Positions 18,520 to 27,053 of a stretch of 32,000 bases of DNA are shown piece after piece. Made by a program: the position numbers and the translations under genes. Where the stretch lies: the sequence record MZ577096.1; one strand, given 5' to 3'. Position 1 is the first letter of the stretch. The number at the start of each line of letters is the position of its first letter. Under the pieces are notes generated by a model. The model was not told where the DNA came from and searched no databases. It was given only the letters and a program-made list of their open reading frames with translations. Origin of the DNA: Methylophilales phage Melnitz-2 EXVC040M.

Positions 18520-19275
18520 ATGTCCAAGTATCTTGAAACTAAAAAAGGTAGTATTGAGAGTGCTGTGCTTGAGGCAATGTCTCCAGCGCAACAAGCTGCT
18601 ATCGCAATATCTAAAAAAGAAAAAGAACAAAAAGAAAATAACTATATTCACGCTGCAAAGATGGCAAAAGAAAAGGGTGAGAAAACCTTTACTATCGGTG
18701 GTAAGGAATATGATGTTGAGGAAGCATTAGCAACTGAAACTAATAAGAACGACAAGTCTGATGATGGTGATGGTATGGACGCAGTTCAACCTAAAGCAGT
18801 AAAGAAGAAGTTTGCTGACCGTAAAGATAAAGACATTGACAACGATGGTGATGTTGATGATTCAGATAAGTTCTTACACAAAAGACGTAAGGCAGTTTCT
18901 AAAGCAATCAACAAAGAAGAAGTTGAACTTGATGAAGGATATTCCCCAAAAGAAATTAAGATGGCAATCGGTATTGCATCTGATAAAAGATATGCTGGTG
19001 GCAACTATAGTGGTGCAGTAAAGGCTATCGAAAAAATTAAAAAGGGGTTATCTAATCATAAACAAGTTGCGGCAGTTCTTAAAAGACAAAACGAATCACT
19101 TGCTGAGAAGTCTGCAAGACATATTGCAGACATGTGGAAAAAATCTGCTGAAGCCAAAGAAGGTAAAGTCAAAGAAGATGAGGAGTCTCCTAAAAAGAAG
19201 GAGGCTAAATCTGCAATGACAGGTAAACCAATGGCAGGGGTTGAAGTTAATCCAAAAGAGTCAAAGGCGAAGTAA
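18520..19275 (+). CDS. Phage hypothetical protein, highly charged and low complexity
   Basis: 251 aa, SD-like GGAG upstream, 'MSKYLETKKGSIESAVLEAMSPAQQAAIAISKKEKEQ'. Confidence 0.65.
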   Translation: MSKYLETKKGSIESAVLEAMSPAQQAAIAISKKEKEQKENNYIHAAKMAKEKGEKTFTIGGKEYDVEEALATETNKNDKSDDGDGMDAVQPKAVKKKFADRKDKDIDNDGDVDDSDKFLHKRRKAVSKAINKEEVELDEGYSPKEIKMAIGIASDKRYAGGNYSGAVKAIEKIKKGLSNHKQVAAVLKRQNESLAEKSARHIADMWKKSAEAKEGKVKEDEESPKKKEAKSAMTGKPMAGVEVNPKESKAK

Positions 19276-19789
19276 CATGAAAAGTATCGTGGAAGTCACG
19301 AGTATTAACGAGGAAGAACTTCCAGAACTTTATTGTGATATGGATCAAGTTCTTTGCGATTTCATTGGTGGGTATGAACAACTCACTGGTAAGCAATTTG
19401 AGAAAACTCCCAAAGAAGAACGCTGGGATGCAATCATAGGTAAGAAAGATTTTTGGCATACCTTACCTTGGATGCCTGGCGCTCAAAGATTGTGGAAATT
19501 GATTAATAAATATGATGCGAATATCTTATCTGCATACTCAAATAGAGATGGGAATAGTCGGAAGGGAAAGAAGTCTTGGTTATCCAAGAATGCAAAACCT
19601 ACTGGTAAAATCCATCTTGTACAACGTGCAGATAAAAAGAAGTATGCCACTACAGACGGAAACCCTAATATTCTAATTGATGATTATATGAAGAATATTA
19701 AGGAATGGGAGTCTGCTGGTGGTATTGGGATACACCATACATCCCCAACAAACACTATTTCTCAGCTGAAGAGAAATGGATTTAGATAA
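19256..19789 (+). CDS. HAD-like 5'(3')-deoxyribonucleotidase-type protein; start approximate (MKSIVEV)
   Basis: 'LYCDMDQVLCDFIGGYEQLTG' (DxDxVLxDF), 'ILSAYSNRDGNSRKGKKSWL', 'ILIDDYMKNIKEWESAGGIGIHH'. Confidence 0.75.
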   Translation, partial: KSQRRSNMKSIVEVTSINEEELPELYCDMDQVLCDFIGGYEQLTGKQFEKTPKEERWDAIIGKKDFWHTLPWMPGAQRLWKLINKYDANILSAYSNRDGNSRKGKKSWLSKNAKPTGKIHLVQRADKKKYATTDGNPNILIDDYMKNIKEWESAGGIGIHHTSPTNTISQLKRNGFR

Positions 19790-19792
19790 ATA
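19785..19792 (+). promoter_or_regulatory. T4 late-type promoter element (GATAAATA)
   Basis: GATAAATA ~32 nt upstream of a structural-type ORF. Confidence 0.4.
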
Positions 19793-19823
19793 GATAAGTA
19801 AACTTTAAACTAGGAGAACTATC

Positions 19824-20366
19824 ATGGCCCTATGGGGAATAACAGATGCAGATGAAGCAAAACCAAAGTGGTTGACATCGGCAGAAAAAGCAGACGTTTT
19901 CGCAACCGATAGAGGTTGGGTAAAACTTAACGGCAAAGGACTTGAAGAAGTTATTTGTTCAATCGGTGGATTGTCAACATCAGTTGGCGGTGCAGATATT
20001 AACACAGCAGCATTCGTTTCAACAGCGTTTGACGTAAGTGCTGGTGGTAATGTTGACGTAAGACTTACTTTCAATGAGAAGGTAACTGTTACAGGTTCAC
20101 CAACAATTACTATTACTAACTCACAAGCAGGTGGCGGTTCAGCTGCAACTAAGACTGCAACATATCAGTCTGGTTCTGGAACTAACAAACTTGTGTTTAG
20201 ATGTACAATCGGTGCAGGCGGTTCAACTGTTTCAGCATCTGACGTATTGTCAGTTGCTTCACAAAACATTGCACTTGCTGGTGGAACAATCAAGGATACT
20301 GGTACAACAGTTAACTCTGGTGTTGCAGTTCCAGTTGGTACAGCCACACTTACAGCGGTTGCATAA
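19824..20366 (+). CDS. Virion structural-type protein with Ig/SwmB-like beta domain
   Basis: 'MALWGITDADEAKPKWL...FATDRGWV' N-terminus and 'VRLTFNEKVTVTGSPTITITNSQAG' repeat-like beta-sandwich sequence. Confidence 0.65.
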   Translation: MALWGITDADEAKPKWLTSAEKADVFATDRGWVKLNGKGLEEVICSIGGLSTSVGGADINTAAFVSTAFDVSAGGNVDVRLTFNEKVTVTGSPTITITNSQAGGGSAATKTATYQSGSGTNKLVFRCTIGAGGSTVSASDVLSVASQNIALAGGTIKDTGTTVNSGVAVPVGTATLTAVA

Positions 20367-20390
20367 GTAGTATAAACAACGGAGTATATA

Positions 20391-20648
20391 ATGTCAAAGA
20401 ATGATAAGACACTAAGTGTCACTGAAATTGAACAGAAAAAAATAGATTTGCAAACTGACTTGGATAAAGTAACAAGTCAGTTGCAAAATATGGATAAGAT
20501 GAAGGTGCAGTTACAAGCACAAGGGAATGCACTATCTGGTGCGATTCAACAGTGTGATGTGTTTCTAAACCTATTAGGTGAGTCGAGTCCCGACAAAACA
20601 GTACCCTCGCAAGACGATAGTGCGGCAGTAAATACTGCACTGAGTTGA
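20391..20648 (+). CDS. Small coiled-coil phage protein (85 aa)
   Basis: 'VTEIEQKKIDLQTDLDKVTSQLQNMDKMKVQLQAQGNALSGAIQQCDVFLNLL'. Confidence 0.6.
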   Translation: MSKNDKTLSVTEIEQKKIDLQTDLDKVTSQLQNMDKMKVQLQAQGNALSGAIQQCDVFLNLLGESSPDKTVPSQDDSAAVNTALS

Positions 20649-20676
20649 GGGATTAAATTAACTAAGGAGAAAGAAA

Positions 20677-21129
20677 ATGGCAGATAAAAAAATTACTGCA
20701 CTTACAGATTTGGGTGCCGGAATAGCAGCAGAAGATTTACTTCATGTTATTGATGACCCATCTGGCAACCCTGTAAACAAAAAAATTAGTGTTGCTAACT
20801 TTTTCAACAACGTACCAACTTATATCGCATTAGACGATACAGTACAGGTTGTTGATACAACTACAGAAGCGGTTAACGTAACTTCTTCTATTTCGCACAT
20901 CAATACATCAATCGCTGGTGGAGCTCATGCGGGCGCACTTGCAGATGGAACTAACGGACAAATTAAAATCCTCACTATGGTTGCTGATGGTGGTAATTCT
21001 GTTGTTACTCCAGCAAATGCAAATGGTTTCTCAACTATTACATTCGCTGATGTGGGTGATACTGCAACTCTAATCTTTACTGGTAGCAAGTGGAACATTA
21101 TTAGTTCTCATTCTGTTACAGTAGCATAA
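20677..21129 (+). CDS. Putative phage structural or appendage protein (150 aa)
   Basis: 'MADKKITALTDLGAGIAAEDLLHVIDDPSGNPVNKKISVANFF' typical of phage fibre/head-decoration N-termini. Confidence 0.65.
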   Translation: MADKKITALTDLGAGIAAEDLLHVIDDPSGNPVNKKISVANFFNNVPTYIALDDTVQVVDTTTEAVNVTSSISHINTSIAGGAHAGALADGTNGQIKILTMVADGGNSVVTPANANGFSTITFADVGDTATLIFTGSKWNIISSHSVTVA

Positions 21130-21139
21130 GGAGATTACT

Positions 21140-21319
21140 ATGAGTGAACGACTAGGTGCAAATGGAATGCCAATGGAAAAGAAGGATGAATCATCTGAGA
21201 TGATTTCTGAAATTCTTGAGGTTAATCCAAATAAAAAAACTAAAAAAGCAGAAAAGAAAGAAGATTCATTATCTTCTGAATGGATTGCTGATGAGGAAGT
21301 AAAAGATGAAGAACTTTAA
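21140..21319 (+). CDS. Small charged protein (59 aa), not in the supplied ORF track
   Basis: Translated by eye: MSERLGANGMPMEKKDESSEMISEILEVNPNKKTKKAEKKEDSLSSEWIADEEVKDEEL*; preceded by AAGGAG. Confidence 0.6.
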   Translation: MSERLGANGMPMEKKDESSEMISEILEVNPNKKTKKAEKKEDSLSSEWIADEEVKDEEL

Positions 21320-21701
21320 AAATCATATTGCAGAAGAAGTCTCTGCTGACGGTTCTGACTTTTCTAATGACGTATCAGACCCTAACACTGTAAAAAGAAT
21401 CAATGCATTCTTAGGTGCAATGGGTGGTATTGAACATCTTGTTCCAGAACATGCAATGAATAAACTAAGAGAAAGACTAGGTAGACTAGGACTTTCATTT
21501 GGTGAAGTTTCTATGAACGAAGATGGTGGAAAAATGTCAATGCCTCTTGCACAGTTTGGTGGAAGAACAGGTAAAGACGAGAATGGTGATGATATTAATG
21601 ATGATGGTATCTCTCACAAAGTTGAGGGTGGATTATCATTGGAAATACAACACGAAGTCACTAGCGGCGGAACACACTTTATCAAGACTAAAATCGTTTA
21701 G
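21306..21701 (+). CDS. Phage hypothetical protein with internal-protein-like N-terminus
   Basis: MKNFKNHIAEEVSADG; 131 aa. Confidence 0.65.
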   Translation: MKNFKNHIAEEVSADGSDFSNDVSDPNTVKRINAFLGAMGGIEHLVPEHAMNKLRERLGRLGLSFGEVSMNEDGGKMSMPLAQFGGRTGKDENGDDINDDGISHKVEGGLSLEIQHEVTSGGTHFIKTKIV

Positions 21702-21715
21702 TAACGGTTTATATT

Positions 21716-22078
21716 ATGTTTGAGAAGATAACTAATGATAATGTCATTATGTTTGCTATAAAACACTATGACAATCCACAATGTGAAGGTGAATCAGAGT
21801 TTCACGATGATATGAAACGCTTTAAGTATATTAAGCGTTTGTTAAGAAAGTATCGTGAACATGGTGAACTGAAAGAAAGACTTATACTAAATCACATGAT
21901 TGTTGTTAATAATGTGTTTGGTGCAGAGGCAGGTTCTACTTTGTTAATTTTTAAGATTGAACCAGAGTTTTGGTCTATTCTTAAAACATTTATGAACTTC
22001 TTGGGAATGCTCCCAGAAGGAGAACTTGAACATATAGACGAAGATAAACGTGTTAAGGAAGTATTAGAGAGAATATAA
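21716..22078 (+). CDS. T4-like phage conserved-type hypothetical protein (120 aa)
   Basis: 'FAIKHYDNPQCEGESEFHDDMKRFKYIKRLLRKY'. Confidence 0.65.
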   Translation: MFEKITNDNVIMFAIKHYDNPQCEGESEFHDDMKRFKYIKRLLRKYREHGELKERLILNHMIVVNNVFGAEAGSTLLIFKIEPEFWSILKTFMNFLGMLPEGELEHIDEDKRVKEVLERI

Positions 22079-22690
22079 ATGGGTAGAGCGATTGACTTAT
22101 TTGTTACATACCGTTTCGTTAAACTGTTAACGACACCGTTTGAAAAGACTGATGCATATAAAATGGGCATCATCGACAAGGACGGTTTCCGTACAGATAA
22201 GATACTGTATAAACAAGCAGAACAAAATGCATACACAGTTTTACATAAACTGGTATTCAATATTAAACGCATATTTGCAAAGGTGCCTGGACTTAGAACA
22301 AGACTAGGAACATATGCAGCAGCCCTATTTCTTTTAAAGGATACTTTTAAAGAGCATGTCGAAAGTCCAGATATGTTTGAGAAAGGTCTTCTTGAATATC
22401 TAAAACAGCAAGGCGTTGAATTCGATAATACTATTGTGGAAGAGGTTACTCTGGACAATGGTAAATTAAGTAAAGGTATTTACGTTCTCACCCAAGATGT
22501 TGTGACAACAGAAGCAGAAGGTGAAATTGATGCTTTAGAGGGTGATGAGGTAGAGGTGTTTGAAGATAGTCCACCAGAGGATACTATCCTTGGTGTTGAC
22601 GTTTTCAGTGCAGTACATAAAAAAACAAAACAGAAGATATATGTTTCTTCTGAAGATATAAAAGAACTAGACATAGGAGACCTATTATGA
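22079..22690 (+). CDS. T4-like phage conserved-type hypothetical protein (203 aa)
   Basis: 'MGRAIDLFVTYRFVKLLTTPFEKTDAYKMGIIDKDG'; abuts the previous stop. Confidence 0.65.
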   Translation: MGRAIDLFVTYRFVKLLTTPFEKTDAYKMGIIDKDGFRTDKILYKQAEQNAYTVLHKLVFNIKRIFAKVPGLRTRLGTYAAALFLLKDTFKEHVESPDMFEKGLLEYLKQQGVEFDNTIVEEVTLDNGKLSKGIYVLTQDVVTTEAEGEIDALEGDEVEVFEDSPPEDTILGVDVFSAVHKKTKQKIYVSSEDIKELDIGDLL

Positions 22691-23205
22691 GTTTCAAATT
22701 TGATGACATAATGAAAAAGTTCTATGACGACCCTAAGTTGGGCATTAAGACTGAAGATGCTCCAGCAAATGCATCTGGTAGTGCAGTCGCTGGAACTGGT
22801 GACGATAGCTCTACTGTGGTAGTCAAGAAAAAAGAAAAGAAAGCCTACGATGGTAGAACCAAAGAAGGTAAAACATTCTTCAAAAGAATGGCAGAACGTA
22901 AAGCAAAAAGAGAAGCATCTCGACTTGCACAGAAAGTTCAAGAAAATACAGTTAATCGTGAACACGAATACCTTATGGTAGAAGATAACGTGGATATGTT
23001 AAAGAGTATTGTCAAGAACAAACAAAACAAAAGTATCAAGTTCAAAGATGGTTCTATGAAAGTTGACTTGTTTACTGCATCAGCAATCACACAAGTTTTC
23101 GATAAAGTTAATAAATCTAATCAGAAAAAAATGAAAGATATGATTAACGGTAAGAAAGCACAGTTTATGAAGATTGCAGACTTTTCCTTATCCAAGGTTA
23201 AGTAA
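22687..23205 (+). CDS. Phage hypothetical protein (172 aa), basic
   Basis: ATGA overlap with upstream gene. Confidence 0.6.
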   Translation: MSFKFDDIMKKFYDDPKLGIKTEDAPANASGSAVAGTGDDSSTVVVKKKEKKAYDGRTKEGKTFFKRMAERKAKREASRLAQKVQENTVNREHEYLMVEDNVDMLKSIVKNKQNKSIKFKDGSMKVDLFTASAITQVFDKVNKSNQKKMKDMINGKKAQFMKIADFSLSKVK

Positions 23206-23206
23206 T

Positions 23207-23656
23207 TTGAAAACCTTTTTACAGTTTGAGCAATCATACTCTTATGCTATGGGTAACTATAAACCAATTGCAGATTTAAATGCTGCATCTGGTGATGGAA
23301 ACCTTTCCAAATCTGATTTGGATAATGTAGAGAAGTATGCAGACAGACTATATAAAAGTGTCGGTATAGACGTAGAGTTTACTCGACATTTTTTAGATAG
23401 GGTTAATGATGCACGAAACAAGAAACAGATTACTGTGGCGGAGCTTATTCGGTTATTTAAACAATCGTATAAGAAGTACGGTAAGAAGATTGCTCAACTC
23501 GGCCCAGATGCCGAAGCAGTCTTAAATGATATGCAGACAGATGTTAATATGCCGTTTGCATTAAAATGGGATGGTAAGGAACTGGATTTAATTGCAAAAA
23601 CTGTAATGAGAAAAACAAACTTTGCAACCAGTAACCAAAAACTATCCTTTAAATAA
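23207..23656 (+). CDS. Phage hypothetical protein with internal-protein-like N-terminus; likely TTG start at 23207
   Basis: MKTFLQFEQSYSYAMGNYK; the track start at 23174 overlaps the upstream gene. Confidence 0.6.
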   Translation: MKTFLQFEQSYSYAMGNYKPIADLNAASGDGNLSKSDLDNVEKYADRLYKSVGIDVEFTRHFLDRVNDARNKKQITVAELIRLFKQSYKKYGKKIAQLGPDAEAVLNDMQTDVNMPFALKWDGKELDLIAKTVMRKTNFATSNQKLSFK

Positions 23657-23668
23657 AGGAGAAGAAAG

Positions 23669-23830
23669 ATGAGAAATTGGATTAAAGCAAGAATCGAAGA
23701 AAGAACATCATGGGATGGCGCTGCACTTATAGCAGTTGGAGTAATCGTATTGATTGCAGGCCCATTTGCATCAATGGCTGCATATGCAGCGATTGCTTAT
23801 GGTGCATGGACAATTTGGAAATCTGAGTAA
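23669..23830 (+). CDS. Small membrane protein (53 aa), holin-like size; not in the supplied ORF track
   Basis: MRNWIKARIEERTSWDGAALIAVGVIVLIAGPFASMAAYAAIAYGAWTIWKSE*; preceded by AAAGGAGAAG. Confidence 0.6.
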   Translation: MRNWIKARIEERTSWDGAALIAVGVIVLIAGPFASMAAYAAIAYGAWTIWKSE

Positions 23831-23834
23831 GGCC

Positions 23835-24176
23835 ATGAACAGTAAATTTAGTATTGGTGTTGTAATTGCGATTGTTTTACAGGTATCTGCCTTTGTATGG
23901 TGGACTGCACAACAGGCGCAAACTATTTCACAATTGAATGAACAGGTATCAGAACTTACTAGTCGAATGGCAGTGGAAGATGATGTAAACTTCAAACGTG
24001 ACATTAAAGATTTAACAGCAAAAGTTAATGACATGGATGATTGGATTACAGAAAACTTTCATAATATAGAAGAGTTAATCGACTTTGCAACTTTCACAGA
24101 AAATAGATGGGCAAGTGAGTATGCAAATGACCCATCCTATGAAAGAAAGTTCGGTACTAAGGCACCAGTGGAATGA
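23835..24176 (+). CDS. Membrane-anchored coiled-coil protein
   Basis: ATG at 23835 gives MNSKFSIGVVIAIVLQVSAFVWWTAQQAQTISQLNEQVSELTSR; the track start at 23754 is upstream in the overlap. Confidence 0.65.
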   Translation: MNSKFSIGVVIAIVLQVSAFVWWTAQQAQTISQLNEQVSELTSRMAVEDDVNFKRDIKDLTAKVNDMDDWITENFHNIEELIDFATFTENRWASEYANDPSYERKFGTKAPVE

Positions 24177-24565
24177 TTAAATTATATGCAATAATTATTA
24201 TTGTAGGTATCTTGGGTGGTGCAGCGTATGGTGCAAAATACTATTACGACACCACTCAAGCAACCATTGCTACTTTGCGTGATAATAATGCAAAACTAGA
24301 GGTTGCGAATGAAACCAATCAAGCAACCATTGAGAAGATGGGACAGGATTCAAAAAGATTGAATGAACTGAACTCTGAACTCAATGCGAATTTACGCAAG
24401 TCTGAAGAATACGGAGATGAATTGCGTAATACATTAAATAAACACAACCTAACGCATCTTGCAAACAAGAAGCCTGGGTTGATTGAAAAGAGGATGCAGA
24501 ATGCGACAGATAAACTTTGGGATGACCTTGAGTCTATTACTAGCGACAACGCTGGTACTGAGTAG
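24173..24565 (+). CDS. Candidate inner-membrane spanin (Rz-like)
   Basis: N-terminal TM 'MIKLYAIIIIVGILGGAAYG', long coiled-coil, 'NTLNKHNLTHLANKKPGLIEKRMQNATDKLWDDL' Rz-like C-terminus. Confidence 0.65.
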   Translation: MIKLYAIIIIVGILGGAAYGAKYYYDTTQATIATLRDNNAKLEVANETNQATIEKMGQDSKRLNELNSELNANLRKSEEYGDELRNTLNKHNLTHLANKKPGLIEKRMQNATDKLWDDLESITSDNAGTE

Positions 24566-24908
24566 TTGTTCTACTTTTAGACCTGAGGCAGAAATTGTAG
24601 TACAGACAAAGATAGTAGAAAAAACTATCCCTACAGTTCAGCATCCTAAACCAGTTCAAATGAACAAGGTTAAGATTTATGTTGTTTCTCCCGAAGAGAA
24701 CTATGATGACTTCATCACAGAGTATTCGGCGAAGAACGGTGCAGACTCATATATTGCGATAAGTGTGAAAGACTATGAAAACCTATCTAAGAACTTTGCA
24801 GAACTTAGACGTTACATAGAACAACAAAAACAGATTATTGTATATTATGAGAAAGCAGTTGCCCCAACCCTAGAGGAAGAGGACAGCGAAAAAACAGGAG
24901 AAGAGTAA
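24501..24908 (+). CDS. Lipoprotein overlapping the Rz-like gene; candidate outer-membrane spanin
   Basis: Signal plus lipobox 'MRQINFGMTLSLLLATTLVLSSC'; out-of-frame overlap with the 24173-24565 gene. Confidence 0.55.
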   Translation: MRQINFGMTLSLLLATTLVLSSCSTFRPEAEIVVQTKIVEKTIPTVQHPKPVQMNKVKIYVVSPEENYDDFITEYSAKNGADSYIAISVKDYENLSKNFAELRRYIEQQKQIIVYYEKAVAPTLEEEDSEKTGEE

Positions 24909-25514
24909 ATGGAATATTTACAACTTATAACATGGGACTTAATTGTCCACCAACTTATGACATGGTGGCAGTTCACAGTGGTAGGAATTCTTATCATTGT
25001 TGGATTCATCATTAATTTGTTCGGTGTAGATAACAAGACAAAGAGATGTGGTTTTGAATATAAAGATATGCCACACATGATGCCAATACCAATTGCGACC
25101 AAAGGAAAAGGTTTCTGGGGTGCAATCTGGATGTGGTTAACAGGAAGTAGACATTGGGTTGTTGCAAAAGATTTTCATTTTAAATTAGATGCAGTTGAGT
25201 ATGTAATCCCTAAAGGATTTCAATTTGATGGAGCATCAATTCCCAAATTCTTACACACATGGTTATCACCAACAGGTGTATTGCTTATGGGTGGATTGGT
25301 TCACGATTACGCTTACAAGTATGAGACTCTTAAAAAGAAGGGTAAAGGTACTTGGGGTAAGATGAACCAAAAAGAAGCAGATACTATTTTTAGAGACATA
25401 AATGTCGAGATTAATGGTTTTCACTTTTTAAATTACCTTGCTTACTGGGCGCTAAGACTTGGTGGCTTTGTCGCATGGAATGGACACAGAAAAGCAAGTA
25501 AGAAGAAGAAGTAA
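24909..25514 (+). CDS. DUF1353-like phage protein
   Basis: 'AVEYVIPKGFQFDGASIPKFLHTWLSPTGVLLMGGLVHDYAYKYETL...EADTIFRDI'. Confidence 0.7.
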   Translation: MEYLQLITWDLIVHQLMTWWQFTVVGILIIVGFIINLFGVDNKTKRCGFEYKDMPHMMPIPIATKGKGFWGAIWMWLTGSRHWVVAKDFHFKLDAVEYVIPKGFQFDGASIPKFLHTWLSPTGVLLMGGLVHDYAYKYETLKKKGKGTWGKMNQKEADTIFRDINVEINGFHFLNYLAYWALRLGGFVAWNGHRKASKKKK

Positions 25515-25516
25515 AC

Positions 25517-25972
25517 ATGGCAACCGTAAAGACGATTGAAACCGAAGTAGAACTTCTAAAAAGAGAAGTCGGAGATATGAAGAAAATTCATGTTCGACTT
25601 GATTCTGCAATTGAAAAGATTGCAGAGGTATCATCGTCTTTACATACTATCATGGCGGTGCATGAAGAGAAACTAATAAGACAGGAAGAAGCTTTGAACG
25701 AACAAGAAAAAGAGTTTAAAACTACTGTTTTAGAACTGCACAGTAGAATCACATCTAACGCTAAAGAAAATACCACTCAAATGAATGAGATGGAACGTAG
25801 ACTTGTGGATGCCATGAGTGAACACAATAAGACTGAATCTGAACATTTCAGACAGTTAAGAGAAGAATTATCAACCAGAGTAGGTGTTCTGGAAAAATGG
25901 AGATATGTCCTTATTGGAGGCTCCATAGTCATCGGATTTGCATTAACTGAGATATTACCAATTCTTATGTAA
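25517..25972 (+). CDS. Coiled-coil protein with C-terminal TM helix
   Basis: Heptad-like region followed by 'YVLIGGSIVIGFALTEILPIL'. Confidence 0.6.
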   Translation: MATVKTIETEVELLKREVGDMKKIHVRLDSAIEKIAEVSSSLHTIMAVHEEKLIRQEEALNEQEKEFKTTVLELHSRITSNAKENTTQMNEMERRLVDAMSEHNKTESEHFRQLREELSTRVGVLEKWRYVLIGGSIVIGFALTEILPILM

Positions 25973-25977
25973 ATCTA

Positions 25978-26006
25978 TTGACATTGACGGCGAAATCCTG
26001 TATATT
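25978..26006 (+). promoter_or_regulatory. sigma70-type promoter upstream of primase
   Basis: TTGACA (25978-25983), 17 bp spacer, TATATT (26001-26006). Confidence 0.6.
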
Positions 26007-26013
26007 ATGACTT

Positions 26014-27033
26014 ATGAATTATATCGACACAAAGTATATATCCCTTATATCCCCTCGTCTGAGGAACTTTAAACGAAAGACTGACTATCTTTGGCAGTTC
26101 TCTTGTCCGTACTGTGGTGACTCACAGAAGGTAAAGACTAAAGCGAGAGGGTTCATTTATAGAACAAAGAATGACCTTTTTTACAAATGTCACAACTGTT
26201 CTATAGGTACTCATCTATCTAAATTGATAGAACATGTAGATTCAAATTTACACAAGGAATATGTACTAGAACGGTACAAAGAAGGTCTTACTTCCAATGG
26301 TCGAGGGGATAAGACGCCTGGAGCAGGCATTAAGACGCCTGACTTCAACTTTAAGAAACCTGTGTTCAAGAAGTCTTTGAAACTAGATTCATTCTCACAA
26401 CTTGAAAAAAAACATCCTGCTGTTAAATTTTTATCAGAAAGATGTATCAGCGAAGAGCTGTGGAATGATATATATTTTAGTCCAAAGTTTTTTGAATATG
26501 TCAATGGACATGTCAAAGACAAGTTCCCCTCTCTGGACGGAGACCATCCTCGTATGGTTATTCCATTCAGAAAAGAGGATGGAGAGGTCTTTGCATTTCA
26601 AGGACGGGCATTTGGCGATGAGCCACAAAAATATATAACTATTATTTTGGACAACGAACATCCCAAAATTTTTGGTTTAGATAAGGTCGACAAGAACAAA
26701 ACAATATATGTTGTTGAAGGCCCTATTGATAGTCTTTTTCTAAAGAACTGTATTGCAGTTGCACAGAGTGATTTGCGTGTACCACAGTTCAAAGACAATG
26801 CGGTGTTAGTTCCAGATAACGAACCTCGTAATGAACAGGTCTGTAAACAGATTGAACGATGTATTGATGAAGGATACAGTGTTTGCATCTGGCCACAGAA
26901 CATTGAAGAAAAAGATATTAACGACATGATTCTTGCTGGAAACGACTCAGCAGAGATTCAAGAAATTATACATAACAACACCCATAAAGGATTGCAGGCA
27001 AAGACTGTTTTCAATTCTTGGAAAAAAATATAA
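26014..27033 (+). CDS. 61: T4 gp61-like DNA primase
   Basis: Zinc-binding 'FSCPYCGDSQKVKTKARGFIYRTKNDLFYKCHNCSIG', Toprim-like 'KTIYVVEGPIDSLFLKN' and 'LVPDNEPRN'. Confidence 0.9.
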   Translation: MNYIDTKYISLISPRLRNFKRKTDYLWQFSCPYCGDSQKVKTKARGFIYRTKNDLFYKCHNCSIGTHLSKLIEHVDSNLHKEYVLERYKEGLTSNGRGDKTPGAGIKTPDFNFKKPVFKKSLKLDSFSQLEKKHPAVKFLSERCISEELWNDIYFSPKFFEYVNGHVKDKFPSLDGDHPRMVIPFRKEDGEVFAFQGRAFGDEPQKYITIILDNEHPKIFGLDKVDKNKTIYVVEGPIDSLFLKNCIAVAQSDLRVPQFKDNAVLVPDNEPRNEQVCKQIERCIDEGYSVCIWPQNIEEKDINDMILAGNDSAEIQEIIHNNTHKGLQAKTVFNSWKKI

Positions 27034-27053
27034 GCAAATAGGAGAAAGAACAC

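Noticed and set aside
20131-20370. Alternative-frame ORF rich in QL repeats inside the 19824-20366 gene
   Set aside because: The main frame has a coherent beta-sandwich-type structural protein; the QLQL sequence is an alternate reading of repetitive GTT/GCA codons.
22480-22965. 161-aa antisense ORF spanning the 22690 junction
   Set aside because: Phe/Ser/Cys-rich shadow ORF opposite Lys/Glu-rich genes, without start signals.
25984-26006. Second overlapping -35 (TTGACG) next to TTGACA at 25978
   Set aside because: Spacing to TATATT would be only 11 bp; the upstream TTGACA has the ideal 17 bp spacer.
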